Positions 1 to 11,090 of a stretch of DNA of 64,000 nucleotides are shown piece after piece. The stretch comes from Paragordius varius (taxonomy: Eukaryota > Animalia > Nematomorpha), in assembly GCA_964247055.1 (NCBI GenBank), contig OZ176054.1, positions 7,006,001 through 7,070,000 on the forward strand, written 5' to 3'. Position numbers and translations under genes: made by a program. The notes beneath the pieces were generated by a model, which worked only from the letters and a program-made list of their open reading frames with translations, ran no database searches and was not told where the DNA came from. Position 1 is the first letter of the stretch, and each line of letters begins with the position of its first letter.

Positions 1-104
1 AATGGTTGTTTGTGCAGTCTTAGTTCTTAAATCTATTAATATATATTTTAATGCCAATATATTTTTCAAATGTGGTCCGCGAAGCCATATGTGTTGGACA
101 CCTG
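1..104. mobile_element. Right end of a hAT-type MITE (CAGG(G)GTGTCCAAC-end family), left part not resolved
   Basis: 72-104 GTGGTCCGCGAAGCCATATGTGTTGGACACCTG resembles the end of the copy at 37126-37158 (CTACCCGCAAAGCTATTTGTGTTGGAACCCCTG); flank CTTTAGAT resembles the NNNTAGAN-type flanks of other copies. Confidence 0.6.
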
Positions 105-510
105 CTTTAGATTTTTCATTTCTAGTAGTTAACATTAAAAATTATTGGTTTATATCAAATTTCAACACGAGGCGACTGTATTTTCTTTACACTTTCAATT
201 ACATATGTAACTAATAAAAATCGATACATACCAATATGGTAATTATTTACCTCTTTAGCCAATCAAAATATCGAAATCGTCATTAATAGCTATCATTTAT
301 AAATATGGGGGAATTAATGTAAAAACCAAAAATTTTAACAACAGATTATTATCAATATTTTGTCTAAAACCATACTTTTAAATATATCATGTATTAGAAA
401 TAATTAAAAGTGAAAATAAAAAAGCTTATTATAGCACCCAAATTTAATATTCAAAAAGCTATCTAGGGCATAACTAACACTGACCCATGTTCGGGTAAGT
501 ATTACTTGCG

Positions 511-620
511 TCCTTATGCTTAAATCCTTATGCTTAAATCCTTATACTTAAATCCTTATGCTTAAATCCTTATACTTACGTCCTTATGCTTAAATCCTTA
601 TGCTTACGTCCTTATGCTTA
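511..620 (+). repeat. Subterminal 14-bp tandem array of the foldback left arm
   Basis: About 8 copies of TCCTTAT(G/A)CTTA(AA/CG). Confidence 0.95.
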
Positions 621-1705
621 CATTTTTGAATAAAAATAATACATTCATCATAAGTCTGCTCCTAGTAGACTTATTAAAATTTCAAAGTGGCATAACTTTA
701 AAAATATTGTGAATTTTTTAATTCTGTAAATTGGAGGAGGAAAAGTAAGGTATATTTAACAAATAATTTATAGGTTTGAGTAATGTTGCTTCAATCTTTT
801 GGCATTAAAAGGGGTTTTTCACAACCCCTGTTAAAAAATAGAAAATTCCTAAAACATGCATACAAAATCAAAAGTTTTTAGAAGAAACAGGTATGCATTT
901 TATCCAACTATATTTTTTAGATTTATTTGAGTCATGGAAAACGAAATATTTGCATACTTTGTGAAATAAAAAAATCTATCCAGTTTTTCAGATTCTTTAA
1001 ATTGGAGGATAAAAATGATGTATATATAACAAATTATCCATAGGTTTTAAAAATCGAATGATCGCATACACATCTTAGTGAACTAAGCTTCTTGAAAAAA
1101 TATATCTGGAACATACATGTAACACCCAAAGTTTTTTAGGTGCAATTGATTTAACCATATTTTTTAGATTTCGATGTCATGGCGATCGAATTATCTGCGC
1201 ACTTTTTGCATTTTGAGGATGAAGCATTGAAGAATCTACTTATTTTATTGGATTTTCATAAAATTTTTACTATTTGATATATAAAATATATATTTATGTT
1301 TATTATCAATAAATATATATTTTGAATTTACTTTAGTTGCAAGCGTCTAAAAATCATTTTAATCCACAGTGCACAAAATCGGAGGCTATAAAAAATATTA
1401 TGATCAATCAAATATAAAGTATATTAGGAGTATCATGGTGCTTGGTTTTAGGTCTAACGAATAATATTCAGGTATATCCAATTTTGTGGTAATTGTTCCT
1501 TATCGAAAGGTTGCAAATTAGGCAAACTTATTTGGAGTCTACGCTTAAAATTCTAAACTTTATTTTGGTTTTAAAATATAGTTTATAATTAAATGATATT
1601 ATTAAAGGAAATTAAACTTTGACCAAAAAGACCCCTAAATATTTCCCCAAATTTAAAGCAAAAGCTAATCAAAATTTTGAGTCGATAGAAATGTACATCA
1701 AGAAA

Positions 1706-2912
1706 TCTATATATTTATAAAAATGGAAAATGCTGGCTTTGTGATCTGGTACAGGAAAACCGGTAGACTCAATCAAATCCAAATATCGATAAAATATAAT
1801 CATTAATAAATGTCCCGACAATAGCTTCGCCCTTTTTTTGAAATAGGCCCCCAGTTCGGGCCCACCCCGTATGAAAAACGGGTTTTTTTTGAAAACAGAA
1901 GTCCACAAAATCGTGTTTTTGAGACAATTTTCCGGAGAACGTGTTGGACCATTCAATTTCAAATATGATTTTTGTTTACTTATTTTCGATTGCGCCGAAC
2001 ATAGCCGAGCCACTTTTTTGATTTAGGCCCTCTTTTTACCCGCTCCCCCCGTAAAATGCCACCTTTTTCAAAAAACAAAGTCCACAAAAATAATTTTCTA
2101 AATCGATTTTTCGCCCTAGGTATGAGACCGTAAAAATTCTATATGGATTCCACGTATTCCCTGTTAAAAGGCAAAAATTTTAGTCCACCGTTTATTTGAT
2201 GATAGCTGCTGGGTAAGGAGCTACCCGCTAAAAACTGATTTTTCATATAACTTTGTGAACTGTTTCCGGAAAACCGGTGATCCCAATCAAATCCAAATAT
2301 CGAAAAAATATAATCATTAATGAATGCCCCGACAATAGCTTCGCCCTTTTTTGGAATTAGGTCCCCAGTTCGGGGCCACCCCGTGTGAAAAATGGGTTAA
2401 GTCAATTTTTTGGAGAACGTGTTGGACCATTCAATTTCAAATATGATTTTTGTTTACTTATTTTCGATTGCGCCGAACATAGTCGAGTCACTTTTTTGAT
2501 TTAGGCCCTCTTTTTACCCGCCCCCCCGTGAAATGCCATTTTTTCAAAAAAAAACAAAGTCCACAAAAATATTTTTTTGATTGTATTTTTTTGCCCACGG
2601 TATGAGACTGTAAAAATTCGAGAAAGATTTTTCGTATTGCCTGTTAAAAGGCAAAAATTTTAGTCAAGCGTTTCTTTGATGATAGATGCTGAGTAAGGAG
2701 TATCTATCATATGTATAGCATGTTAAAAGATATATGGATATTAATACATTATTGATGGTAATCTATATATTTATAAAAATGGAAAATGCTGGCTTTGTGA
2801 TCTGGTACAGGAAAACCGGTAGACCCATTCAAATCACTTCGAACCCCACCCCCCCTCCCCAGAAGTCCGAAGGACTTCCTCGGGCTGCGTAGCAGCACGA
2901 GATTCACGCTAG
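1706..2912 (+). mobile_element. Non-autonomous Helitron, copy A (nested in the foldback spacer)
   Basis: A|TCTATATATTTATAAAAATGG 5' end, 3' hairpin CGGGCTGC-GTA-GCAGCACG about 9 nt before CTAG|T; inserted between A1705 and T2913 with no TSD; internal ~510-bp tandem unit; second internal 5' end at 2762. Confidence 0.88.
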
Positions 2913-4096
2913 TTATATATAAAAAGGGTTTTTGTGATATCTTAAAGCACCATAAAATACGATTGCCAAAATTTTTAAAAAAATCTATTATATTGTCAAA
3001 TTCTAATTTATATGAAAAATATTATCACGCATCGGCTTTTTTAAAAAACTGGCCCATTTTAGAGAAATCCAAAAAGTGTTTTGTGGCCTACGCTTAAAAT
3101 TTTAAATTTTATTTTTGCTTTCGAATATAGTTCATATCATAATATAATGGTATTTTTAAAGGGAAGCCTTTAGCTTTCACCAAAAAAATTTATTTGTTTA
3201 ATTTGCAACCTTTCGATAAGGAACAATTACCACAAAATTGGATATAACTCTAAATTATTCGTTAGACCTAAAACCAAGCACCATGATACTCCTAATATAC
3301 TTTATATTTGATTGATCATAATATTTTTTATAGCCTCCGATTTTATGCACTGTGGATTAAAATGAATTTTAGACACTTGCAACTAAAGTAAATTCAAAAT
3401 ATATATTTATTGATAATAAACATAAATATATAATTTTATATATCACATAGTAAAAATTTTATGAAAATCCAATAAAATAAGTAGATTCTTCAATGCTTCA
3501 TCCTCAAAATGCAAAAAGTGCGCAGATAATTCGATCGCCATGACATCGAAATCTAAAAAATATGGTTAAATCAATTGCACCTAAAAAACTTTGGGTGTTA
3601 CATGTATGTTCCAGATATATTTTTTCAAGAAGCTTAGTTCACTAAGATGTGTATGCGATCATTCAATTTTTAAAACCTATGGATAATTTGTTATATATAC
3701 ATCATTTTTATCCTCCAATATAAAGAATCTGAAAAACTGGATAGATTTTTTTATTTCACAAAGTATGCAAATATTTCGTTTTCCATGACTCAAATAAATC
3801 TAAAAAATATAGTTGGATAAAATGCATACCTGTTTCTTCTAAAAAACTGATTTTGTATGCATGTTTTAGGAATTTTCTATTTTTTAACAGGGGTTGTGTA
3901 AACCCCTTTTAATGCCAAAAGATTGAAGCAACATTACTCAAACCTATAAATTATTTGTTAAATATACCTTACTTTCCCTCCTCCAATTTACAGAATTAAA
4001 AAATTCACAATATTTTTAAAGTTATGCCACTTTGAAATTTTAATAAGTCTACTAGGAGCAGACTTATGATGAATGTATTATTTTTATTCAAAAATG

Positions 4097-4207
4097 TAAG
4101 CATAAGGACGTAAGCATAAGGATTTAAGCATAAGGACGTAAGTATAAGGATTTATGCATAAGGACGTAAGCATAAGGAATTAAGCATAAGGATTTAAGCA
4201 TAAGGAC
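4097..4207 (-). repeat. Subterminal 14-bp tandem array of the foldback right arm
   Basis: About 8 copies of TAAGCATAAGGA(CG/TT), the reverse complement of the 511-620 array, with variant units in a different order. Confidence 0.95.
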
Positions 4208-4447
4208 GCAAGTAATACTTACCCGAACATGGGTCACTGTGTGTAGGGTCAATTTTTAAACGAAATTTTTTTTCATGTAGCTTTTAACCAGTGAATTCAT
4301 TTGCCGCAAAAATTTTAATTTGCTGAAGACTTAGTTTTTGAAATATTGAGAAAAAATCGAAACTAAGCAAAAGGTTAAAATAAGATTATTAGGGATAACT
4401 TTAAAAATAATGATAAATTTAAGATATGATTTATATTTTATCAGATA

Positions 4448-5644
4448 CTAGCGTGAATCTCGTGCTGCTACGCAGCCCGAGGAAGTCCTTCGGACTTCTG
4501 GGGGGGTTCGAAGTTTGGATTTGAATGGGTCTACCGTTTTTCCTGTGGATCACAAAGCCAGCATTTTCCATTTTTATAAATATACAGATTACCATAAATA
4601 ATGTTTTAATATCCATATATCTTTTAACATGCTATACATATGATAGATACTCCTTACTCAGCAGCTATCATCAAAGAAACGCTTGACTAAAATTTTTGCC
4701 TTTTAACAGGCAATACGAAAAATCTTTCTCGAATTTTTACAGTCTCATACCGTGGGCAAAAAAATACAATCAAAAAAATATTTTTGTGGCCTTTGTTTTT
4801 TTTGAAAAAATGGCATTTTACGGGGGGAGCGGGTAAAAAGAGGACCTAAATCAAAAAAGTGACTCGACTATGTTCGGCGCAATCGAAAATAAGTAAACAA
4901 AAATCATATTTGAAATTGAATGGTCCAACACGTTCTCCAAAAAATTGACTTAACCCATTTTTCACACGGGGTGGGCCCAAACTGGAGACCTAATTCCAAA
5001 AAAGGGCGAAGCTATTGTCGGGGCATTCATTAATGATTATATTTTTTCGATGTTTGGATTTGAATGGGTTCACCGGTTTTCCGGAAACAGATCACAAAGT
5101 TATATGAAAAATCAGTTTTTAGCGGGTAGCTCTTTACCAAGCAGCTATCATCAAATAAACGGTGGACTAAAATTTTTGCCTTTTAACAGGAAATACGTGG
5201 AATCTTTATTGAATTTTTAAGGTCTCATACCTAGGACGAAAAATCGATTTAAAAAATTATTTTTGTGGACTTTGTTTTTTGAAAAAAATGACATTTTACG
5301 GGGGGAGCGGGTAAAAAGAGGGCCTAAATCAAAAAAGTGGCTCGACTATGTTCGGCGCAATCGAAAATAAGTAAACAAAAATTATATTTGAAATTGAATG
5401 GTCCAACACGTTCTCCGGAAAATTGTCTCAAAAACACGATTTTGTGGACTTGTGTTTTCATAAAAAACCCGTTTTTCATACGGGGTGGGCCCGAACTGGG
5501 AGCCTATTTCAAAAAAAGGGCGAAGCTATTGTCGGGACATTTATTAATGATTATATTTTTTCGATATTTGGATTTGATTGGGTCTACCGGTTTTCCTGTA
5601 CCAGATCACAAAGCCAGCATTTTCCATTTTTATAAATATATAGA
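4448..5644 (-). mobile_element. Non-autonomous Helitron, copy B
   Basis: Reverse complement of copy A: CTAG at 4448-4451, 5' TC at 5644 flanked by A on the minus strand, internal second 5' end at 4588. Confidence 0.88.
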
Positions 5645-5917
5645 TTTACAATTTGAAAGCCTAATATCAAATAGTTAGGGTTTTAGATTATAAAAGCGTG
5701 TTTTTACTTTAACATACTAAGTATGCAAAAGAATTTGTTACTATATTAAAAAGTTGTTAACAATTTATTAGCTAAACTCTCTATTAAAATCTTAACACTT
5801 TTGTTTTATACAGTAAAAATAACTTATATATTAAAATAAATTAAATAAAATATTGTTTTAATTTTTCATTGTTTGTCATCTGGTTTATGAGACAATAAAT
5901 TTACTGTTGTTTTTTGG

Positions 5918-6112
5918 AATCTTACATGAGCGGGAAGAACAAGGCATATAAATTAAATACAAAATACGAGTTACAAGAAGTGGAATATTAACCAAAAATC
6001 CGTACAAACCCCCGTAACAATACTCGGCTTTGTACGGATTTTTTGTTGATATTCCACTGCTTTTAATCTACTTGTTTTATATTATATATGTTATTTCCGC
6101 TCAAGTAAGATT
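5918..6112. repeat. ~195-bp imperfect palindrome, MITE-like
   Basis: AATCTTACATGAGCGG...GTGGAATATTAACCAAAAATCCGTACAAA pairs with TTTGTACGGATTTTTTGTTGATATTCCAC...CCGCTCAAGTAAGATT around a ~20-nt centre; no clear TSD. Confidence 0.7.
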
Positions 6113-6452
6113 ATGGCATTATAATTTAATGTCACTTTTGATCACTTTATACTTTTTCGCAATAAAATTTTCATGCATCTATTTTTTATTAGGTTAAAAT
6201 TTAAAATTCTCCGAATAAAAAGTTGTTTCAGGTTGTGTACCGTTTCCATCATTTTGCAATAAATTTTAACAGCAAACTATGCGTTAAAAAACTATTATAA
6301 TGCTTAAGGTGACCAGATTTTTTGAAGGAAAAAGCGGGACAAATCTGAGAAGGGGGTGGGTCATTGGGGGGTACAACCAAAAATTTTTATACAAAAAATT
6401 TATTGTAATATTTATTTATTTTTAACAAATACATTATAAATATAAAAAAATT

Positions 6453-7262
6453 TGTACCTCACAGGTTGTTTGTACCTTATTCAATAAATTTCCATGTGCA
6501 CGAACAAAGGGTGAAGTGATTTTAATATTCTAGAAAAAAATAATAAAGACGAAATCATTACAAAGTGCGCTGGGTGATGCAAGAAGCGGGCAAAAATATT
6601 TTTAACAATTTAGCGAATAATCTTAATCAAAACATTATTGGCAGATACACAACGTTCAAACAACTGATATGTTACCCCTGGATGTGGAAAATATAGATGT
6701 TAAAATGCTTGAATATTGTAGAACTGTTGGTTAGCTCTTTTGCCAGAGATTGATTTATTTATAAAAATGTGATCTCCTAGAATCCTATTTTTTACCACAG
6801 GACAAAGGTCAAAATTCCAAGTCAAAAAAGGTTAGATAATAATTTTATACCATTACCTAATCGCAATATTATAAAGCATCCAGAAAAACAAGGCTCAATG
6901 AATAGCAATATAAAAATGTTTTATACAAACAGAAACGATTATTTGGAAGACAAGACGGTGTAATGTGACACTTTTTGATGAAGTCTCATTATTAAATAAA
7001 TATATTGAGAAAACTTATATTATGGCCAACAGAAAAAAATACATAGGATAGAAATGTTAAAATAATCATTTTTAAACAAATTATGTTCCATACAATATTA
7101 TTTTAATTGTAGAATTTGCATTATTTTTACCTGAACCACTGCTATTGAACGCGTTTTTCCACAGTAAATTAAGTAAGGACACGGAATCAAATTTAAATGT
7201 TGAATAAAAGCCATTTTGTGTGTTCAAATATAATTTGACAAATTATGAAGACTTATACAATA
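6453..7262 (+). pseudogene. Inverted, internally deleted and diverged copy of the element's own transposase gene
   Basis: Colinear blocks complementary to 8838->7378, e.g. TGTACCTCACAGGTT (6453), ATAATCTTAATCAAAACA, TTACCCCTGGATGTGGAAAAT, AAAATGTTTTATACAAAC, and a 21/21 match 7224-7244 vs 7398-7418; about 650 bp removed in at least seven deletions. Confidence 0.9.
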
Positions 7263-7313
7263 TTTTACGTGATTTTGTTTATTTTTTTACACAAAAACTT
7301 TAAAGAAAATATT

Positions 7314-9156
7314 TTATTCTTTGGTATATTTTTTGTTTGAGTGAATGCGTTTTAGCAGATTGTCATCATTTTTTAAAATTGTAGAAGTCTTCACAAGAAT
7401 TTGTCAAATTATATTTGACAGATAAAACGGCCTTTAAAGTTTCAACATTTAAATTTGATATTTCCGATGTCCACACCTGATTTACTGTGGAAAAAACGCG
7501 CTCAGTAGCAGCGTTGGTTCTAGGTAAAGATAGTGCGAATTCCACAATTTTTAAAATATTATTGTATGTAATATAGTTGGTTTCAAAATGATTAAATATT
7601 TCCAACCATTTCTTTTCTACTGTATATTTTCTTTTGTCCATAATTTAAGTTTTTCATTATTAATATATCTTTTAACTAATGATACTTCAGAAAAAAGATC
7701 ATTTTCTGAAAGATTACTTTTTGATAATTTTTGGGAGCAGATATAATCAAATGATTTTTGAACATCGCACCAATTAAATTCTGATTTTAATGTTATCCAA
7801 TGAAAATGATCAATTTCATTGAATTGCGTCGTCCAGTCTTCCAAATAATCTTTACAGTTTGTATAAAACATTTTTATATGGTACAGAATATTTTGGCGAT
7901 TTATTAAGCCTTGTTTTTGTAAATTATTTATTATATTGCGGATGGTTAATGGTATAAAATTATTTTCTAACCGTTCTTGACATTGGAATTTTAGGTTACT
8001 AACTTCATTGGCTACTTCGATTGCCGAAATTTTGTCACCTTCTATAAATTTAATAACATTTTGAAAGAGAGAAGCTTGATTATGTAAGAATTCTAACCGT
8101 ATTTTTGAACAATCACTTTCAAAAAACTTTTTTAAAGTTGTAGGACATTTGTCCTGTGATAATAAAAAAGATTTTAAAGGATCATACATTTTTAAAATTC
8201 TTTCGATAGCTGGCATAAAAGCTAACCAACGAGTTTTACAATATCCAAGCATTTTTTGATATTGAACTCCTGCATTTTCACAGAATTCTTTAAGCGTTTC
8301 AACACTACCGTGTATATATAAAAATAGCAATATAATTTAACAACTACATTTTCCACATCTAGGGGTAACAAACAGCAGCTGTTTGAATAGCGTTGTGTAT
8401 TATATGCGCTGCACACCCAACGCCAATTTTGTTTTGATTAAGATTATCTGTTAATTTATGAAAAATATTTTTTTGTTCCTCTCCTTGCTTTTCCACCAAA
8501 GTTCATATTGGTGTTGTCAGCGCAATATACGATAATTTTGTATTTTAAATTATTTTTTGCATTATTGAAGTGAATATTATTTCGGAATACCGGGTAGGGA
8601 AATTACATCTAAAATTTTAATTTTTACTCCGGTTTCTGAATCAAAATATCTCATCAAAGTGGGAAATAGTTTTGTTTCATGGTGATTTGATGCATCAGAG
8701 TATAGCGATATGGAATTAATTTTCAGCAAATCTTTTTGTATTTCAGAAAATGCATGTGGGGAAAGGAGATTGCACACAATGGCTTACGGGCACATGTAAA
8801 TTTTTTATAGAATAACGTGCGAATAACCTGTGAGGTACAGTCCATAAGAAATGATTGTGATTAACGGCGTGAAAAGATAACACGCCCTCAGCTAGTGCCA
8901 AATTCTTTTCTTCCTCTCCAAAAGGGGTTTTTGGAAAAAAATCGCTCATTTTGTAAGATGATGCCCCCATATCTAAACATTTTTTATGCTTCTGTGTTTC
9001 CATATGCTTTGTAATATCATGCTTGCCGCCATGTGCTAGGGTGAATTCCCTCTCGCATATAAGACATTTAACAAATGATTCATTCTTCGTTTTGTTAATA
9101 AAAGGAAAATCCTTCATTAATTCATCGTTGAATTTACAACCTCTTTTTGTGCTCAT
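7314..9156 (-). pseudogene. hAT transposase, broken by several frameshifts
   Basis: N-terminal CxxC...GGKHDITKH Zn-finger; YSDASNH (catalytic D); YCADNTNMNFG (second D, ~8490-8530); CAAHIIHN (CxxH); KTRWL; LSLPRTNAATERVFS (catalytic E / dimerisation region). Motifs fall in different frames (ORFs 8743-9156, 8577-8777, 8222-8416, 7617-8330, 7366-7641). Confidence 0.92.
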
Positions 9157-9169
9157 ATTTATAAACTAC

Positions 9170-9445
9170 TATTAGTATAATAAATATTATATTACCTTAA
9201 TTTTCTGTGATAAACGTGTAAGGTACCGATTTGTAGTATCAATTTGTCTTTTAAGCTACCGATTTGTGGTATTAATTTGGCTTTTTAATAATGTTGGCAA
9301 GTAATAAAACTAAAATATTAGTATAATAAATATTATATTAATTTAATTTTGTGAAATAAACGTGTAAGGTACCGATTTGTGGTATCAATTTGTCTTTTAA
9401 TCTAGAGATTTAAGGGTATTAACTTGGCTTTTTGATAATAATGAC
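9170..9445 (+). repeat. 146-bp direct duplication immediately upstream of the transposase ATG
   Basis: TATTAGTATAATAAATATTATATTA...TAAACGTGTAAGGTACCGATTTGT(A/G)GTATCAATTTGTCTTTTAA starts at 9170 and 9316; internal TACCGATTTGT sub-repeat occurs three times. Confidence 0.85.
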
Positions 9446-9851
9446 AGTAGTAGGAAGTATAGTGTATAATCACATGATATAAATTCGAAAAAAATAAATA
9501 TTTTTGATTTAAAATAAAAAATTTTAATTTAAAATTGAATAGATTTTAAAGATATTTAATGATAAAAAATTTAAACGGACAAAAAAAATTTATTTGTATT
9601 AAAAAAATTTTTTTTTATATAATCGTGAAAAAGCGGGACATTTAAAAACGTAGCAGGAAGCGGGACAAAGTGTGAAAAAGCGGGACTGTCCCGCCAAAAG
9701 CGGGACGTCTGGTCACCTTAATAATGCTCCAATCTAGTATATTTCAATACAATCATTGTTTTTTGATTATAGATTACAATTACTAAAACATAGGAGCATT
9801 TGGCTGTTCCTAAAAATTTAATTAAATGTGCTAGAGTTTGCGATTTTCATT

Positions 9852-10102
9852 CAAAAGGCGTAGCTAGAGGGGGAAAAGGGGGGCTGATGCAGGGGCGCCA
9901 GATTTTAAAAAATTTTGATATTTTTTCAAAAAATAGGTAAAAGTTATCATTTATAATAATACATAAAAAAATCACCCATTTATGAGTGGTCATGATCACG
10001 GTTTGAATTTTATATTATTTTAAACAAGGTGTCGCATGGAAGGGCAGGGGGCGCCATCACGGATTCATGCACAGGGCCCCAGAAATGAAAGCTATGCCTC
10101 TG
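9852..10102. mobile_element. hAT-type MITE (251 bp)
   Basis: Imperfect TIRs CA(A)AAGGCGTAGCT / CAGAGGCATAGCT and perfect 8-bp TSD TTTTCATT (9844-9851, 10103-10110); GC-rich CAGGGGCGCCA motifs near both ends. Confidence 0.85.
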
Positions 10103-11090
10103 TTTTCATTATTTGCGTAAAAGTTGTTATAACTTTGTATGATTCACAGGCTTATAATCAAATGCCCATGAAAATTCTGAGCATTTCAAAATAAACTTTA
10201 GATTTGTTTAATTCAAAGGAGTATATTAATATTTAAAAGTTATATAGTCCTTAGCACGATTTTTAATTTGAAATATTACATATTTTAATATTTGACTAAT
10301 TTATATTATTCAAAAAAATTCTTTCCATTTAGTAATTTATTCCATCATCCTTTATATCAGGATTTTTATTTTTTTAGCTATGTTCAATACAAATTCCTTA
10401 ATTTAGTCAATTTTCAGTGTTAACACCTAATTCAAGTAATCAAAGGTTTAAAAAATAAACGAATTTTAATAATGTTTTGCTTAAAACATAACATTCTTGA
10501 CACCCCTACTCTTTGGGCCTAATACATCAAATCTAAAATTTTAAATCTATAGAAAAATCTTTTATAATTACCAATTGCTTGAACATATTACTACTAACAG
10601 TATTTTGATTTGAAGCTTCAACCACCCTGAGATATAAAATCAATGTAAAGTAAGCTGGTATTGTATTTTGAACGCAGCAAATCCACACTAAGTGCCAAAA
10701 TATATATTATGTGATAGGGTCACAGAAAATGCGCTTCTCTTTAAGAAAAATCGGTAAAAATTTACAAAATATTAAAGAAAGAGTTAACAACACTTTTTTC
10801 TATATATAAGAATTTCCAAATTTATTAAAACGATAAAATATTTATATTAAATATATGCTTTTATTGTTCTTAATCTTATAAAGTTCTACAGCCGTTTATT
10901 TAAAAAAGGATCAATTTTGTATAAATAAAATTATTCTAAAGAAATTAAATTAAAATAAATTAAATATTAGACTTATTGAGAATGAGAAAGCTCCAACTTT
11001 TACCAGGAAAATGTTAAATTCAAGCTGTATCATCATGCTTTCATCCTCTGGATTAAAACATTTCAAAATATGTTAAACGAAATCAGATTA

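Larger units (their letters stand above)
478..4239. mobile_element. Non-autonomous foldback / long-TIR DNA element (~3.76 kb, arms ~1.04 kb)
   Basis: 478-1520 is the near-identical reverse complement of 3199-4239 (ends CA(C/G)TGACCCATGTTCGGGTAAGTATTACTTGCG; inner boundary TATCGAAAGGTTGCAAATTA). The spacer has no transposase. No TSD found. Confidence 0.85.
6305..9720 (-). mobile_element. hAT superfamily DNA transposon, Blackjack-like (3416 bp)
   Basis: Perfect 13-bp TIRs TAAGGTGACCAGA; perfect 8-bp TSD ATAATGCT (6297-6304 and 9721-9728); subterminal AAAGCGGGAC motifs (one at left, about five at right); hAT transposase on the minus strand. TAGGGTGACCA-type ends are characteristic of Blackjack/MER81-type hATs (from recall). 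Confidence 0.93.

Noticed and set aside
2-214. 70-aa ORF at window start
   Set aside because: Overlaps a MITE end and AT-rich flank; no protein motif.
511-620. Tandem 14-bp and 21-bp arrays as CRISPR-like loci
   Set aside because: Units are contiguous with no unique spacers, lie within TIRs, and the DNA is eukaryotic.
1669-2013. Repeated ~110-aa [18 protein letters not shown]... (also 5337-5678, 11063-11398, fragments at 53897-54743) as a novel gene family
   Set aside because: It is antisense to the Helitron 5' region, runs off the element into unrelated flank, has no recognisable motif and is broken in copies D/E; similarity just reflects young repeat copies.
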